A stretch of DNA of 61,288 nt, filler included, from Sphacelaria rigidula (GCA_964200075.2; 3 parts of 3 records of this genome joined end to end with filler, not necessarily neighbours in it); one strand, 5' to 3'. Counted from the whole stretch's first letter, positions 36,646 through 49,600 are shown. Notes: a model not told the origin generated them from the letters alone. Numbers and translations: made by a program.

Positions 36646-39600
36646 TTGACTATTCTGGACGTATCGGGTAGAAGTGCACTTCACCCGATGCCAAGGCGAC
36701 TCGTCCACATACCCCTACTCAACAACATCGAAATGCCATCAAGATTCGAAACTTTCACGCCCATCGATCGCGCCCCTCCCCGATCATTGACGGCCTTAAT
36801 ACCCTCATCAGAAGGACTCGACGTCACATCTCGAAGCGGTGGCGGGAAACGCGGCCGGGATGACCCTCTGTCGCCTGGAACTGCAGACTTCAACGGACGT
36901 GCCGCGAAGCAAAGTTGCTGGAGAGGCGTGGGCAATTTCTTCGTCCATTGCAGGAATTTCGCGGTGGCTTCCCGCTCATCTTCTCTTCCTCCGACCACTG
37001 TCAAGAACGGCAATAACGAAATCAGTGACCAGCTATCGCTGCCTCTTTCACGCCGTCGCTACAGTGACCAGGGGGGGGGAGACGAAGACAGCAGGACAAG
37101 CCACGACCATGAAGAGCGCCACAAGTACTTGAGCAACTCTAGATTATCCGCTGCTCTGGCACTGGACGATAGAGGATCAAGGGGGTGCAATCGCTCGTGC
37201 GAACTGTTGTCAGAGCCGCACTCTAAGGAACGTTCGGATACACGTGCCCTTGTGCCGTACGACGGGCGCCGTGTTGAGAATAAAACTAAGCCGACGTATA
37301 GCACGAAAGGAACCAATACCGACACTTACGAAACGGGGAACGATCGAAGCCGTGGCATTGTCGGCGGTGGTGATCAGAGTGATGAGAATGAATGGAGCTG
37401 GACAGGACTTTGTCAGTGTGGGCGCTACTTGTTCGTAATGGGTGGAAAGTCATGGACGGGAACCTGTTCCTGTGGTCGTACTGCACACCTACCCGAGGCC
37501 AGTACGGCTATCACTACACGTGAGGTGGGTAGAGCCAACTTGAAAAGTATTTTTGCTCGAAGAGCTGATCTAGAAGAGTTCGATCGGGATCTTGTTTCAC
37601 TTTCGCGTGATCATATTCCCATCACTTGTGTTCCGGTGTGCGTTTCTGATGAACATTTAAGATGCATACCATGCATCACTACGTCACCGTCTGAAATTAT
37701 GCTGATATAGTTGAAGGGTAACGTGCGAGCAATATCTTACGGAAGTCACAGAGAACTTTAGCTCGCCCACAATGTGTTATTGATAATCTCCACCCTTGTC
37801 TTTCTCAAGACTGTCAGAGCCATCGTCTACGATGAACCACAAGACCTTCGGGATATGCCCATGCGATAGTTTGGCGCAGGTGAATGTGGTACCTGGCCTC
37901 CATATCAACTATCGTTACCACCTCCGCATAGATCCCAGTTCATATCGTTTTTTCACAGCGCTGGACGTGCCAGGCCTGCCATGCTTGGAATTCAAACATG
38001 GATGCCCACGAGTGTGACATGTGTTGTCAAGGACGAGATGTGGACGTCAAACCACCTGTCAAGAACGATACCAACATGCGGTGAGCAGTATGTTCAACGT
38101 GATCGAAATCCTTGGGTGAGGGTATTAGTTGGTGGACTCCACACATTCCTGACGTGTTGCTTTCTTTATGTCGTCGTTTGTATTTTTTTATTTGATGTGA
38201 TCACGGGGGGTCGTGAGCTATTGTGATAAAATATGAAGAAAGAACAAGGGCGTGAAATGACCATTTAATGGATCATTTGTATTGGGGTGCGGTGTGAGGG
38301 ACGTCCAAACACAAAAGTCATGCATGTATGACACTTTCTACGATAGCCCCCCCGACAAAAGTGGCTGGTTTGGAGGGGCAAAATGTACATCTTAACCGAA
38401 ACGAAAAGAGCCGAGCACAACGAGCAGCTTGACTTCACACGCTTGGGTATATTTTCGCCAATGTCACCCATATGAGGCGCTTCATTCAGCCTGAAACCAA
38501 ACATCAGGCGGCTGAATGACCATTTTTTTCGTGACAGGTTTAGGCTGATTTCTACGGAGGGGCTAACGCAGAAAGTGTCGTATCGCGTCTGAAGTTCAAG
38601 TCTGCACTGTGATGTCACTGGTCACCACTAAAGCATGCGACTTGCATGATATATTCATGTCCTGCATACACGGTATCACAGGATCGTCAAGATGTTTCCA
38701 GTACCACTTTCCAAAGCTGTCGAGCGGTCCGTCCCCGCGTTAAAGCCAACCCAAAGTATTTTTGCGGCGGCCGCTGTAGAGCCAGTGGCACCATCGAAGG
38801 AGCGGGCGGGAGCGATGGGAAACTCAAGCGACGCGAATGCAACACCGAACTCGGATATTACAATTAAAACTGCCTGTGGTCAGATCTGCACGTCCGCGTC
38901 CGTGTCCTCTACACGCCACCCGGGCACCCTTGCCACACCAACCACTTCTCCAATTGCCAGCTTCACATTCGGGCCCTCCTCATCCCACGGAGTCACAACC
39001 GATGTGTTGCACTCCTCTGTCGACACCCCCCCAGCAACACCTGCGCCCGTCTCTGCGTCCTCCACCGCCGCCGGCGGCGGCGGCGGCGTCCATGGGCTTG
39101 TTGCTGCAGCTGGCCCCTGCCCCCAGGAAATCGTAGAGTCTACTACTGCTTCAGAAAATTCGGTCTCCGATAGCGAGAAACTTTCACACCGTATCACCGA
39201 GGAAGGCAGTTCCCGGAAAAACGCCCCCGAAGGCGATGTGGTGGCGATAGGCAGTACTACCCCGGCAGAAAGTGTGACAACAACGGTGGCGACAACGGCG
39301 GCCAAGACGACTCCTGTGCCGGCCGCTGCCGTGGTCGAGTTTGTTGCTGCCGCAGCACTCACAGTTACAATGTCGGCTCGCGACAATAGTGTGAATGTGT
39401 CGTCAACTACTGGACATCCTGTCCTTCCTACAAAAGCTGCTTCACCTGCTGCAGCTGCGGGTGCGACCCCAACCGTGCGACCGGTAGCCGCGGCAGGGCC
39501 CAGTTTGCTTGGGACGGACTCAGTTCGTCCTGTATCACCGATCGCAGTACCCACCACGACGGCATCGACGTTCGTGTTCGGCGCACGCCCGTCCGTCGCA

Positions 39601-40233
39601 CCCGTCGCACCATTAACAGCAGCAGTAGCAGCGGTGTCGGGTACTTCTCCGGTCGTTGGACCAACGGTGGCAAAAAACGTAGCAGTATCGGCCGCTCCTG
39701 TCGCTCGTGGGGACGTACTAGCCCCCTCCACGCTACCCATGTTGTCGTCGTCGAAGACATCCGGCCCAACTAGCAGCAGCGCTGCCACCGGAGTGAGAGC
39801 AAAGCCCAAACGCAAGATTCAAAGTTTGAACACCCTTAGGTCAGGGGGCGCGGGCGGCGACAGGGGCACATTAAGCAGCAGCAACGACGGAAACAACAAC
39901 CCGCCTGGTACTTCAGGGCAGGCAGTCGGTTCCACATCGACGCCCAACAGCTTCCACAATACCCTCCCAAACTGGTTCAGCGGCGGTGCAATTGGGCTCC
40001 CCGGTTCGAGGATGCAAGTGTCGACAACACCGACCGGTGCTTCCCAGCATGCTCAGGGTAACGTACACTTCAATTTTTTCGGGAGCGTTGTGGGTAGGGG
40101 CACGAAACTTGGGGCACCCCAGGTACACGCGGCGCATGTCAGCGGGGTGCTACAGGAAGGCACCACGGCGGCTCCTGCTACCACTGCTCAGGCAAGTCGT
40201 CCAACGAGAGAAGGATTGAGAGGAAAGATATAG
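36646..40233 (+). CDS. Spliced protein with RanBP2-type zinc finger and Ser/Thr/Ala-rich FxFG-containing C-terminus (nucleoporin-like candidate); 5' end uncertain
   Basis: In-phase GT-AG model: 36646(?)-37637, 37810-37879, 37959-38080, 38682-40233 (TAG). Exon 37959-38080 encodes WTCQACHAWNSNMDAHECDMC. The last exon contains the 513-aa ORF with FTFG, FVFG, FNFFG and basic RAKPKRKI. Confidence 0.6.
38327..38582. mobile_element. MITE family A, second copy (intronic)
   Basis: TATGACACTTTCTACGATAGCCCC / GGGGCTAACGCAGAAAGTGTCGTA, TA at both ends. Homologous to 981-1240. Confidence 0.85.
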
Positions 40234-40826
40234 TACCGAGAGTACTGGGTTCAGCACGCTCCCGGCTTTACGGGAACCATGCGTCTAACCTCCTCTGCAT
40301 AGTAGCGTTGACTCCACTCCTTCCCCATGTTTTTTCTGCTTGTCACACTTTAAACCCCTCTCCTTCCTTGGGAAGATTCTATGGTTTGAGGGGATCAACC
40401 CATCTCCCTCCACCAAATGCCTTGCATTTCGCTCTTGGATCAGCACTCCCGCACCGCGTCAACTGTCGCAAACCACACTCAGTAAAATACGCTCGTTTCC
40501 TCGTCTACTTACGCTTTCGACGGTGGAAATCAGCGGTACCTCCAAGATAAAACCCAACGCATTTGGTGATCAAACTCACGCTCTCTCCACCCTAATGGTG
40601 ACAGTCGGACTATCACACCATCGGGGTGCGGCGGTCTTACCTTATACATCGCAACATGGGGTTACCAGACGGCCTCGGCTTTTCAAGTAAGGAAGACCGC
40701 ACATGATAGTCAGGGCACTACCCCCCGGTGTCCAGTTCCTCGGAAATTCTAGCGGAATAATAAAGCCGCACCGCACTCCCCCCCCCACCCCCCGTAGCGA
40801 CACCCGGACCGTATCGCCAATGCGCA

Positions 40827-40926
40827 NNNNNNNNNNNNNNNNNNNNNNNNNNNNNNNNNNNNNNNNNNNNTTAATTAATTAANNNNNNNNNNNNNNNNNN
40901 NNNNNNNNNNNNNNNNNNNNNNNNNN
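40827..40926. other. Artificial contig spacer (44N + TTAATTAATTAA + 44N)
   Basis: Identical layout to 20364-20463. Confidence 0.98.
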
Positions 40927-42674
40927 ATCATAGATCTTGCGAGTGTACGAGTCCGACTCGACTCAAAGTGGTGGATTCGATTCCGTCTCAGTGCATTTTT
41001 GAGCGTGCTACGAAGGAAATAAATAATTACCGTCTGTTGGCGGTAAATTACCGAGGGGTACCCTGAATTTTTTGGTGTTGGGGCATTCTGTACCGATTTC
41101 CTGCGGGTCTTTACGCTGAGACCCCCGGAAGGCGGTAGAGAACGGGGAAACGTGGAATCTTGCCAAGAATATATTTTTCCATTTGGAGCATCAATACCTA
41201 CGGAACTGCCAAGTTTGAGGATGATCTGAGCTTGTCTGCAATAGATAAAAGGGAAATCGTCTCGAGGCTCTGTGGGTCTTTCGTACGTATCATGAGTGAA
41301 AATTAGACGACGCCAAAGCTCCACATCACCGAAACATTTCGGTTTCGGGCAGAGTTCGACCCCGTTGGAACCGTTTTTAAACCTGTTTCTCCCGTTAGAT
41401 TCCCGAGCTGATGACGGTTACTACGACTTGAACCATGTAAAGATTCGGTGGAAATTGGGCTTGGAATTCATGTTTTTCAATTTCGGAACAATTTGAAAGG
41501 CGCTGATTGGTCGAGACATACTTTAGTCTATAGCGCCACCACTGTAGCCTTGAACAAAAGTCCGGCTATGTCACTCTTTTCGTCTGTTCATTGCGGTCAG
41601 TATGATACCACATTTGTGCATATTGGCTGGGTATTGCGTTCGTCATTAGCCGGGGAGTAATGTTTTGGGTATTCAATCTGAACCAGCCTGTAGGGGTGGT
41701 ACTCATCGTCACCTACGCCGGGAGGCATTGGTCAAGAAACGTGTCTGGACGAGTTCGCTCCGCTGACCAAACAAACCCCTTCACGTGTAAACAGTGGGAG
41801 GCATTCAAAGACAGAGCAAACCCAGAGGCGAATTGTTCGAGGGCCCTACACAGTTACGATGTAATTAATCTTTGCACTTGTCCACAAGTAAAATACTCTT
41901 GGGCCCTGTCTTCGCAATTATTCTTCGTTCGAAAAGGTGCGGCGAAAAAATATATATTCCGGTGTGACAGGTCGTCATTCAAGCTCTCGTCGTGCGTTAA
42001 TATGACGCTCGATCAGATCGGAATTTCGTTCCCACCGCACTTTTTTGATCGAGTGATGTGCTAACAACGGCCTTAACGAAGCAACGCTCGACTAGAAGCG
42101 AAAGACACCCGAGCGAATCGTATTCGTCGAGAAAATCGCCACATCATTTTACATACGATGACATCGGGTATGGATGGATCCCACCGAAATTGTACACAAG
42201 CTCGTGAACTTATTACGACACGCCAGGCTACCTAACGGCGGCGAAACTGCGGTTCTCACTCAACAACTACAGTCAGTTCGTTCAATTTCACTTCAGTCAA
42301 TGTCGTTAAGCCCTGTTACATGTTCCAAGAAGGGTCTTCATTCCGCGGTTCCTACTTTCCCTGTACTCAGACGCCTTCCTCAAAATGAAAATGGAACACA
42401 AAGGACAAGTACCGGACTCGTCGTAGTGTCCTGCCATGCGGAGAGAATTTGCTCACCTTGAAATGTGACGGTCTACTGTAGCAGTGGAGAAAACTTGCGG
42501 GTTCTCCAAGATACATCAACTGCAAGCACAGTCACCAGGCTTCGTGATTAGTGCGACCGCATCGATGCACACGAAGCACCTGGATTCCATCCCCGCCTTG
42601 CCCCCCCCCAGCCAGCACCCCGTCCCCGACTAACACCACCCCCCTCTTCTCGACAATGCAAGTCATTCGCGCAC

Positions 42675-42762
42675 CTTCGCACTCTTTGGGATCCAGTCGT
42701 GGAGCAGCAGAGCACACCACACTCAATACCGCCGCCACCATTGCCATCAATTGAAGCTTCAT
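42675..42762 (-). CDS. First coding exon of a secreted protein, MANF/ARMET-like (saposin-fold) candidate
   Basis: ATG at 42762. MKLQLMAMVAAVLSVVCSA-APRLDPKECE then G|GTGCGC donor. A signal peptide followed by ECE[V]C resembles the MANF/ARMET N-terminus. No downstream exon was found before the contig end. Confidence 0.5.
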
Positions 42763-43612
42763 CCTGCTGCTGCTGACACAAATATAGGACATAGCACAGG
42801 ACAGTGCAGAACAGCGCAGCAGTGGAGCGAGCAAACGAGGGACGAGCACATATTAGGGTACTGTCTGGTGCGTGTCAGCCCGGATCACAAATCTACGGTA
42901 CCGGCCGCGGCTGCTTGATATGAGGAGCGTGACCTTGTGGGAGAAACATAACGCCGAGTTCACGAGTAACGGGTTTTACGCCAGCCTGGGCAAAGTGTTA
43001 TCCTCAAGTGGCAATGCACCAACACTAGCCATAGGCCGACCTCCAACGTGATGATCTTTGCACGGACGGTAACAAGCACTACAGCACAGCAAAGCTTGGC
43101 AAGGCTGACAACGCTTGGCCCTGACCAAGAACAAGGTGCTTTTGCAGTGGTGAGTATTACCAATGGCGAACGCTACTTATGGTAGAACCTCTCGTCGATA
43201 TGCAGCCTTACCTTCGATGCTGAGCGTAATCCAGGAATGTCGCCGTAGATATGTCAAAGAAGCTCTGGGCTATGCGATTTGCGATATAAAACAAAGACGC
43301 CCGCTAGGTGCAATGATGAATCCAGCTGGCAGGACTAAGGTACACACTTGGGCCAATCAGCTATGAGAATATTATGACCATATTCTAATACATATTGCAT
43401 ATGCTATTGGCATGTTTCATAAACCTGCGACTGCGGACTCGACGGTTGAGTATGCGAGCATATGTGAAGGAGAAATTAGGGCGGGGAAACGCAAGCAAAT
43501 TGCAGCTGTCTGTCGAGTGAACTGATATTTCTTACTGTCGGAGCTCGCTGTCTAGCATCCGCTGAGTTCTTCCTCAGTGCTATCAGGATTCACTTCGACT
43601 CGGCGTGCAGTC

Positions 43613-46600
43613 ATGAGTTTACCGGAGGAATACGAGTATGGAATGAAGAAAACACCCGAAACCGGTGCAGTCGGGGATCATCATGGAGCGCAGGAGATAA
43701 GAAGCGGTGACGGATCGCACATGTTCGTGTTCACCAACGAGAAAGCCGGGATGAAGCAGATGGGTTCAGATGAGAAGGAAAGGGCCAACAGGATTATCTA
43801 CGAAATGAGCAAGAACTCGTCCTACTTCAAGCAGGCTGAGCAGCAAGACAGGAAGGTTGACACCAAGGTATATCAGCTCGTATATGACAGCAGTGGTTCG
43901 TGATTTCAACTGACTGTCAGTTGGATTGAAGGCACTGTTGTACTGTACTGTTGTACTACTGTGTCCTGAGTCTTGAGGCGTTGTCATAATAGTTGAGGTG
44001 TGTTGTACGTATTGTAGTTACACTTTGCTTCTCAAGTACAAGTACTCGCATGTACTGTAGGAGGTTAATGGGTTGTCCAATGTCTCAAAAGCATCCAAGC
44101 TGGGCCCTGGCTGATAGGGCACACCGTCGGCGTACTCAGAAATACGTGCCAAGGCGCACCGCAGACGAAAAAAATCAGTGGAGTTTACTGGCGTTGGGTT
44201 ACAAATGTTCATATTATAGTTGATATTACTTGATTTGTGTCTGTACAGGGAGAATCGGATCTTGAGTAGGGCTGACAGTTCCGTGTGCTCCTCGCGTGCG
44301 CGTTTTCGTTGAAACCGGCGCCTGGGGTCTACCAAGGGCGCACTTTGCTTTGGGAATGTATGTTCCGCCCTTGCCCGAGGGTTCTCGGTATGCGTTGGGA
44401 CGGGGTTAGGGTTAGGGGTAGCGATACTTGTAAAATTGTGTCAACCATGGACATTCGTTACCGAACGCTGGTCAACTAGCCAGAAAAAGTGAGCTATGTG
44501 TACGGAGGAAATCGCGTTTTTTTCTTTTTGCCCTGAGATCAACAGTGAAACAAGTTTGACGCAAAGAAGAGCAAAGAAAACAGCTGATGATGACGAGGGA
44601 TCGAGCCAGCGTGTTCGCGTTGCAGAGTGCATCGTGTTCCTCCCTCAGGAGTCATTTGAAAACAAAAATGCAGTTTGAAATCCGTGGAAACTTCACCACG
44701 GATTACGCTGTAAATCCGTACCAGGAGCTGTAATATGAATCCGTTCGAAGCGGAATGTGCGCGGATCGAGTCCTCGTACCGGTGACTTTTTCGTGTTACC
44801 TCTTTTACTCATGTTTCTTTTCAGCTCTCACGCTACAGTCTTCAATCCGTAAACACACGGTTTAATCCGTACATATCCCTGAAAAAAAAGCGTTTTTACT
44901 GTAGGCGAAATTTACAGTGATTTATCTTTGATGTATTTCAAAATACCTCGCATGCTTAATCCATCCCCGAGATGGCTCAGGGTAATTCAACCCTATTCCA
45001 GGCCGAAGTCTTGCGGGCCCATCTCTGACTTGAACCTTGCTTGAACCGAGAAAAAAAATCAGAACCCGACTGGGAATTGGGTGCAGACTGGAGACGCCGA
45101 ATCCGAGGTGCCTCTTGCAACATTAGCCCTGCGAAAATTGGAAAATAGCTGTTTGAAATTTCCCACTGCCAATTGCGGGATTTTCAAGGCATGTTATAGA
45201 AAAGGCAACCCGGAAATTGAATCCACGCTACCGAATCAGTGGGGGTAGACATAGCTTTTGTCAAAATTGGGTCAAGTCAGGCTTGGCAAACGCCAAGTGA
45301 AGTTTCGAAGTTTCAGCACTCGGATCGACGGGTCCTGACCAATTCATTTGAATTCAGAACAACGTGCGGGTTAATATTTCCCCGATTTTTGCAATGGGCA
45401 ATGGCCTAGGAAATGTATTCTTTCTTGTTTTTTGCCAAAGGAAGGTACAAAAAATGGCCAGAAGCGCGAAAACAGCCAAACGCGCCATTTTGACCGATTT
45501 CGCTCCGAATTTTTCACGCACATCATTCGGGGGGGCCATTGGCACCCGAGCCTCGAAAAAAACCCGGGAAAGATAAAACATATTACTCGGAAGATATGGC
45601 CACGCGAAAACGAATGCTTCGCCTCCAGAAACCGCTTACCTTTTGTAGGCCAAATTTCGCCCAGATATACCTGATCAAGGAATTCCTTTTCAATCGTACC
45701 TTATCTGGGCCACCGATCGACCGAGAACGTACCTGTGCTGGGCCATCGCTCTCTACACTGTACCTGATGCGGCACATCGCGCGCAAGGGAGCCTACGCGC
45801 CGACTTCAACCATGGCGCCCACACATTCGGCTCTTTTCTGGCTCATTTGCCGTTCACGAACGTCACAACGACGACCACGTCCCTTTCTCCCGGGAGATGG
45901 TTCCCGAGTCTCTTCGCATCGACACAAGAACTGGAGTCACAACTCACAGCGCGTCGGTCTTTTGTGATCCCGGGGGTTGTGAAATGTGAAACACGCAGAC
46001 CGTGCCGTTGCGATCTCGGGACTGGTGTCAGGATCAAGCTACGTTCTTCCGTTACCAACGGGCGGTTGTCGTATCATCGATGATTGGTTCAAGCAACGGA
46101 TACAGTACTGGCCTGACCGTCACCCATATAGAAATAGGAACAGAACAGGAGTAGTACGAGCTGGGTCGCCCGAGAAGCCACCAGGAATTTTGAAACTCAT
46201 TTTATTCGCTCAATTTTGGATCATTTTCGATGAAATTTCGACACGATGGTCAGGACGCATGTGCGAATACCCAACGTTATCCCGTATGGTTTTTTTTTTC
46301 TACGTGAGTTATTGGCAATTTTGTTCCGAAATAATTGTTCTGAAATGTTCCGTCACCAATAACTCATGTAGGAAAAAGAAAACATGGGAGGAAAAGGTTG
46401 GGTATTCGCAAGTACGTCCTGTACATCGTGTCAAAATTTCATCAAAAACGATCCAAAATTGAGCGAAGAAAATGCGTCATTCCGTCGACCTGTTACTATA
46501 GTATATGGAGGTGGACCACTAAGGAATAATTCAAACGCATTCGTGCTGTTCAACTTCAAGCTGTTTTCGACGAAATTTTGACACGATGTACAGGACGTAT

Positions 46601-49600
46601 ATACGAATACTGAATCTTTCCTCCTATGTTTTTTTATTTTTTCTTCGTGTGTTATTTGTAATTTTGTTCCGGAAAAAAGCTGTCCTGAAGTGTTGCGTCG
46701 CCAATGACTCACGAAGAAAAACAGAAAAACACACGGGAGGAACGAAGGAGCGTTTGCACATACGTTCTGTACATCATGTAAAAATTTCATCGAAAACGAC
46801 TGAATATTGAGCTCGGGAGTTTTTGTACAGCTTGTGCGGCATCACGCGGCACAAAACTGACTGTAACCGAAAATTCAATCTCAGCCGTTTTCTTTCGGCT
46901 AATTCCGCCGCACATAGTACCCTCAACTCTATACACTTTCGCACTTCGCTATTTCATTTGATGAGACCTTGTCGGATCGCAGTGCTACATGGATTTGAAG
47001 ACGCGCGCTGATTTGCCGATTACCACGATGTGTCATAGTAGGCCCAACTCGCGATGCATCGTCAGTTAGAACGGTCTGAAGGAAAGTGAGCTTCTTAGGC
47101 GGCCCAGCCTGTAGCGTTCAGCACTACTGTACAGAGTGACGTGTGCCCAACGAAAACACTCGCGGAACACACCCATCACGTCTATCGGGACCGTGGATAG
47201 CAATCACCACCGGCCAGCGAGAAACTCCGATTGTGTCCGCCACAGATGTGCAAATGACTGAAAGCTGCAAAGAAAAGCAGGACTACAGTTTGGTATTTCG
47301 TTTGATTAGACCTTGTCGGATCGCAGTGTTACGTGGATTTGAAGACGGGCACTGATTTGCCGAGATGTGTCGTAGTAGTTGGCTAGTAAACCAGAGCAGG
47401 GCTACAAATGTTCATGGTTGGCACATTTTACGAGTATCGCTACCCCTAACCCTACCTCTAACCCTAACCCCAACCCAACGAAAACCGAGAACCCTCGGGC
47501 AAGAGCGGCACATAGTGTTCCCTCGGCAAAGCGTGGCCTTTCCAGACCCCAAATCGGCTCCTGTGGCGCCGATTTCAACGAAGACGCGCTCTGCGCAAGC
47601 GAGGAGCACACAGGACTGTCAACCGTACTAAAGATCCTATTATCGTTGATTGATTGATTGATTGATTATCTCACACTAGCTGATTGCAACAATCCAGCCC
47701 GTGGTCAGGAGCAGCAAAAAATAACAGGATCAGAAAAAGAAGAGAAGGAAAGAAACAGAACAAGACAGAAGCAATAGCCACAGGAAGGAAAGAAGAAAGG
47801 AAGCAACGACAACAACAACAACAACAACAACAACAATAACGACAACAGCAACAACGACAACAGCAACAAAACACACCCACAAACACGAACGACACAACAA
47901 GATGATTATCCCGCATTACGTAGCTGGTTGCAACACTCAAGCTCGGGATCAGAAAAAAAAGGAGAAATAATGCAAGAAGAGAAAAAATAGACGAATAAAA
48001 CGTGGAGAAAGGAATACAAGAGACAAGAAGACAGAGCCAGGCTCGTTTCCGGGGGGGGGGGCACAGACGAAACAAAAAACAGACAAGAAACCACCAGGAA
48101 CAAGAGATGAATAAATCAGAGATGGGCCCCAAACACGACGCTTTACGTATCTGGCGTAGGCTATAATGAGTTGCTGTTGGTACTGTCGGTCCCGGGTGCT
48201 GCCGGTGCATCTTGGCCTGCAGCTTTCGCGTGCCGTATCGCTGCCTCTGCGTCATCCTTCGTTGTACACACTCTAATCAAGTAATACCACCATGGACATT
48301 TGTAGCCCAACGCCGGTTAACTCCACTGACTCAACTCGCGATATATTGTCAGTTAGAACGGGCTGAAGTAAAGTGAGCTTCGTAAGCGGCCCAGCCGCTA
48401 CTACATTATGGTAGTAGCGAAGAAGGAGGGAAGAAGATGGGTGTCGTGATGTTCGGGTTAATTGAGCAGTTTGAAGTACTCCCGAGGATGATCCACGCGG
48501 GCTCGGTGGGGTGCGTGCGTGCGTTCAGCGACTATTTATCGAGGGCGGAGGCTCTTGCTATCCATCTCTGTCGTGGGTGCTGGGAAGCACTCGCAAGAGG
48601 CTAAAATCGAAAATAACTTCGCCCTGACACCAGCCCCGAGATCGCAACGGCACGGTCTGCGTGTTTCACATTTCACAACCCCCGGGATCACAAGAGACCG
48701 ACGCGCTGTGAGTTGTGACTCCAGTTATTGCGTCGATGCGAAGAGACTCGGGAACCATCTCCCGGGAGAAAGGGACGTGGTCGTCGTTGTGGCATTCGTG
48801 AACGGCAAATGAGCCAGAAAAGAGCCGAATGTGTGGGCGCCATGGTTGAAGTCGGCGCGTAGGCTCCCTTGCGCGCGATGTGCCGCATCAGGTACAGTGT
48901 AGAGAGCGATGGCCCAGCACAGGTACGTTCTCGGTCGATCGGTGGCCCAGACAAGGTACGATTGAAAAGGAATTCCTAGATCAGGTACTGTATATCTGGG
49001 CGAAATTTGGCCTACAAAAGGTGAGCGGTGTCCGTTTTCGCGTGGCCATATCTGCCGAGTAACATGTTTTTTTTTCTCTGTTTTTTTTTCGAGGCTCGGG
49101 TGCCAATAGCCCCCCGCGTGATGTGCGTGAAAAATTCGGAGCGAAATCGGTCAAAATAGCGTGTTTGGCTGTTTCGCGTTTTTGGCCATTTTTTGTACCT
49201 TCCTTCGGCAAAAAACGAGAAAGAATACCTTTCCTAGGCCATTGCCCTTTTGTTTTTTTTTCAGTACATTTAAGACCTCATCAAGCGTCAGAAATTTACT
49301 GCATGGCACATAAACTAAATGGAAATCATCTTTAATGCATCGATGCTATCTCATTTGGAGGCTAGGCCCATGGTCCTTCCAGGGATAGCACGTAGCTGTC
49401 CCCGGGGGTGGTATTCATTGTTTCGTCCCGTCGAGAACGTAATGTGATGCTCCTGGCTATCCTAGGGGTACATTGTAAGATTGCCGATCTTTTGACGATA
49501 CCTGTCATGCGTTCAGAAGCATCATGTAGTACGCCGGAGGGGATGCGTTGATTCCATCCCCGGGGAAGGAGATGGAGCGAGGAGGGGTAACTAGGGAACG

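Noticed and set aside
44400..44420. Telomere or chromosome fusion scar (GGGTTAGGGTTAGGG)
   Set aside because: Only 2-3 units, embedded in a dispersed repeat family present three times in the gene.
47671..48255. 194-aa hydrophobic poly-Cys ORF on the minus strand
   Set aside because: It is the translation of a (CAA)n microsatellite and A-rich sequence inside a TIR element in an intron.
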